A stretch of DNA of 64,000 nt from Octopus bimaculoides (lineage: Eukaryota), in the NCBI RefSeq assembly GCF_001194135.2, contig NC_069000.1:1000667-1064666 (forward strand), read 5' to 3'. Shown piece by piece: positions 63,771 through 64,000 of this stretch (position 1 is its first letter; every line of letters begins with the position of its first letter). The notes beneath the pieces were generated by a model. It saw only the letters and a list, made by a program, of their open reading frames with translations, had not been told where the DNA came from and ran no database searches. The translations under genes were made by a program, and so were the position numbers.

Positions 63771-64000
63771 GCCAATGTCTGTATTGCCTCTGATGAAATC
63801 CAGGACATTTCTTACAGGACGTAATAATAAATCTCAATTTACAAAGACAAAGGAAAAACAAAAAGGACTCCCCCCCCCTCCTCTACATAACCCACACATA
63901 CCAGAGGTCAAATGCTAGCAAGGTGGTCTTTACAATGGTTATTTGACCTGTTAAAGATAGCAGCTAAATCTCCCCCAAAAGTACAAATCACTCTCAGACA

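Overview
AT-rich, microsatellite- and SINE-dense eukaryotic scaffold with 8 N-gaps. The repeat families look like those of an Octopus-type cephalopod; this is recognition from memory, not a search. The only well-supported coding sequence belongs to one family of roughly 8-TM, Trp-rich, TspO/MBR-like membrane proteins. On the + strand, a single short first coding exon (27398-27506, TM1, phase-1 donor) is followed by three diverged but intact paralogous terminal exons (32607-33400, 39355-40139, 52508-53298). Each has its own phase-1 acceptor and stop codon, and I found no other copy of the first exon between them. This points to one gene making three 297-300 aa proteins from a constant N-terminal exon plus mutually exclusive variable last exons, the inverse of the clustered protocadherin/UGT1A layout. 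A fourth paralog lies convergently on the - strand (last exon 62619-63072) and has an intron that the three + strand exons lack. The rest is RTE LINE, Tc1/mariner and Helitron-like remnants, MITEs, tRNA-derived SINEs, long hairpins (one with a 63-bp stem in the shared intron), a minimal Penelope-type hammerhead motif and simple repeats. Most ORFs in the supplied track are microsatellite, N-gap or antisense artefacts.
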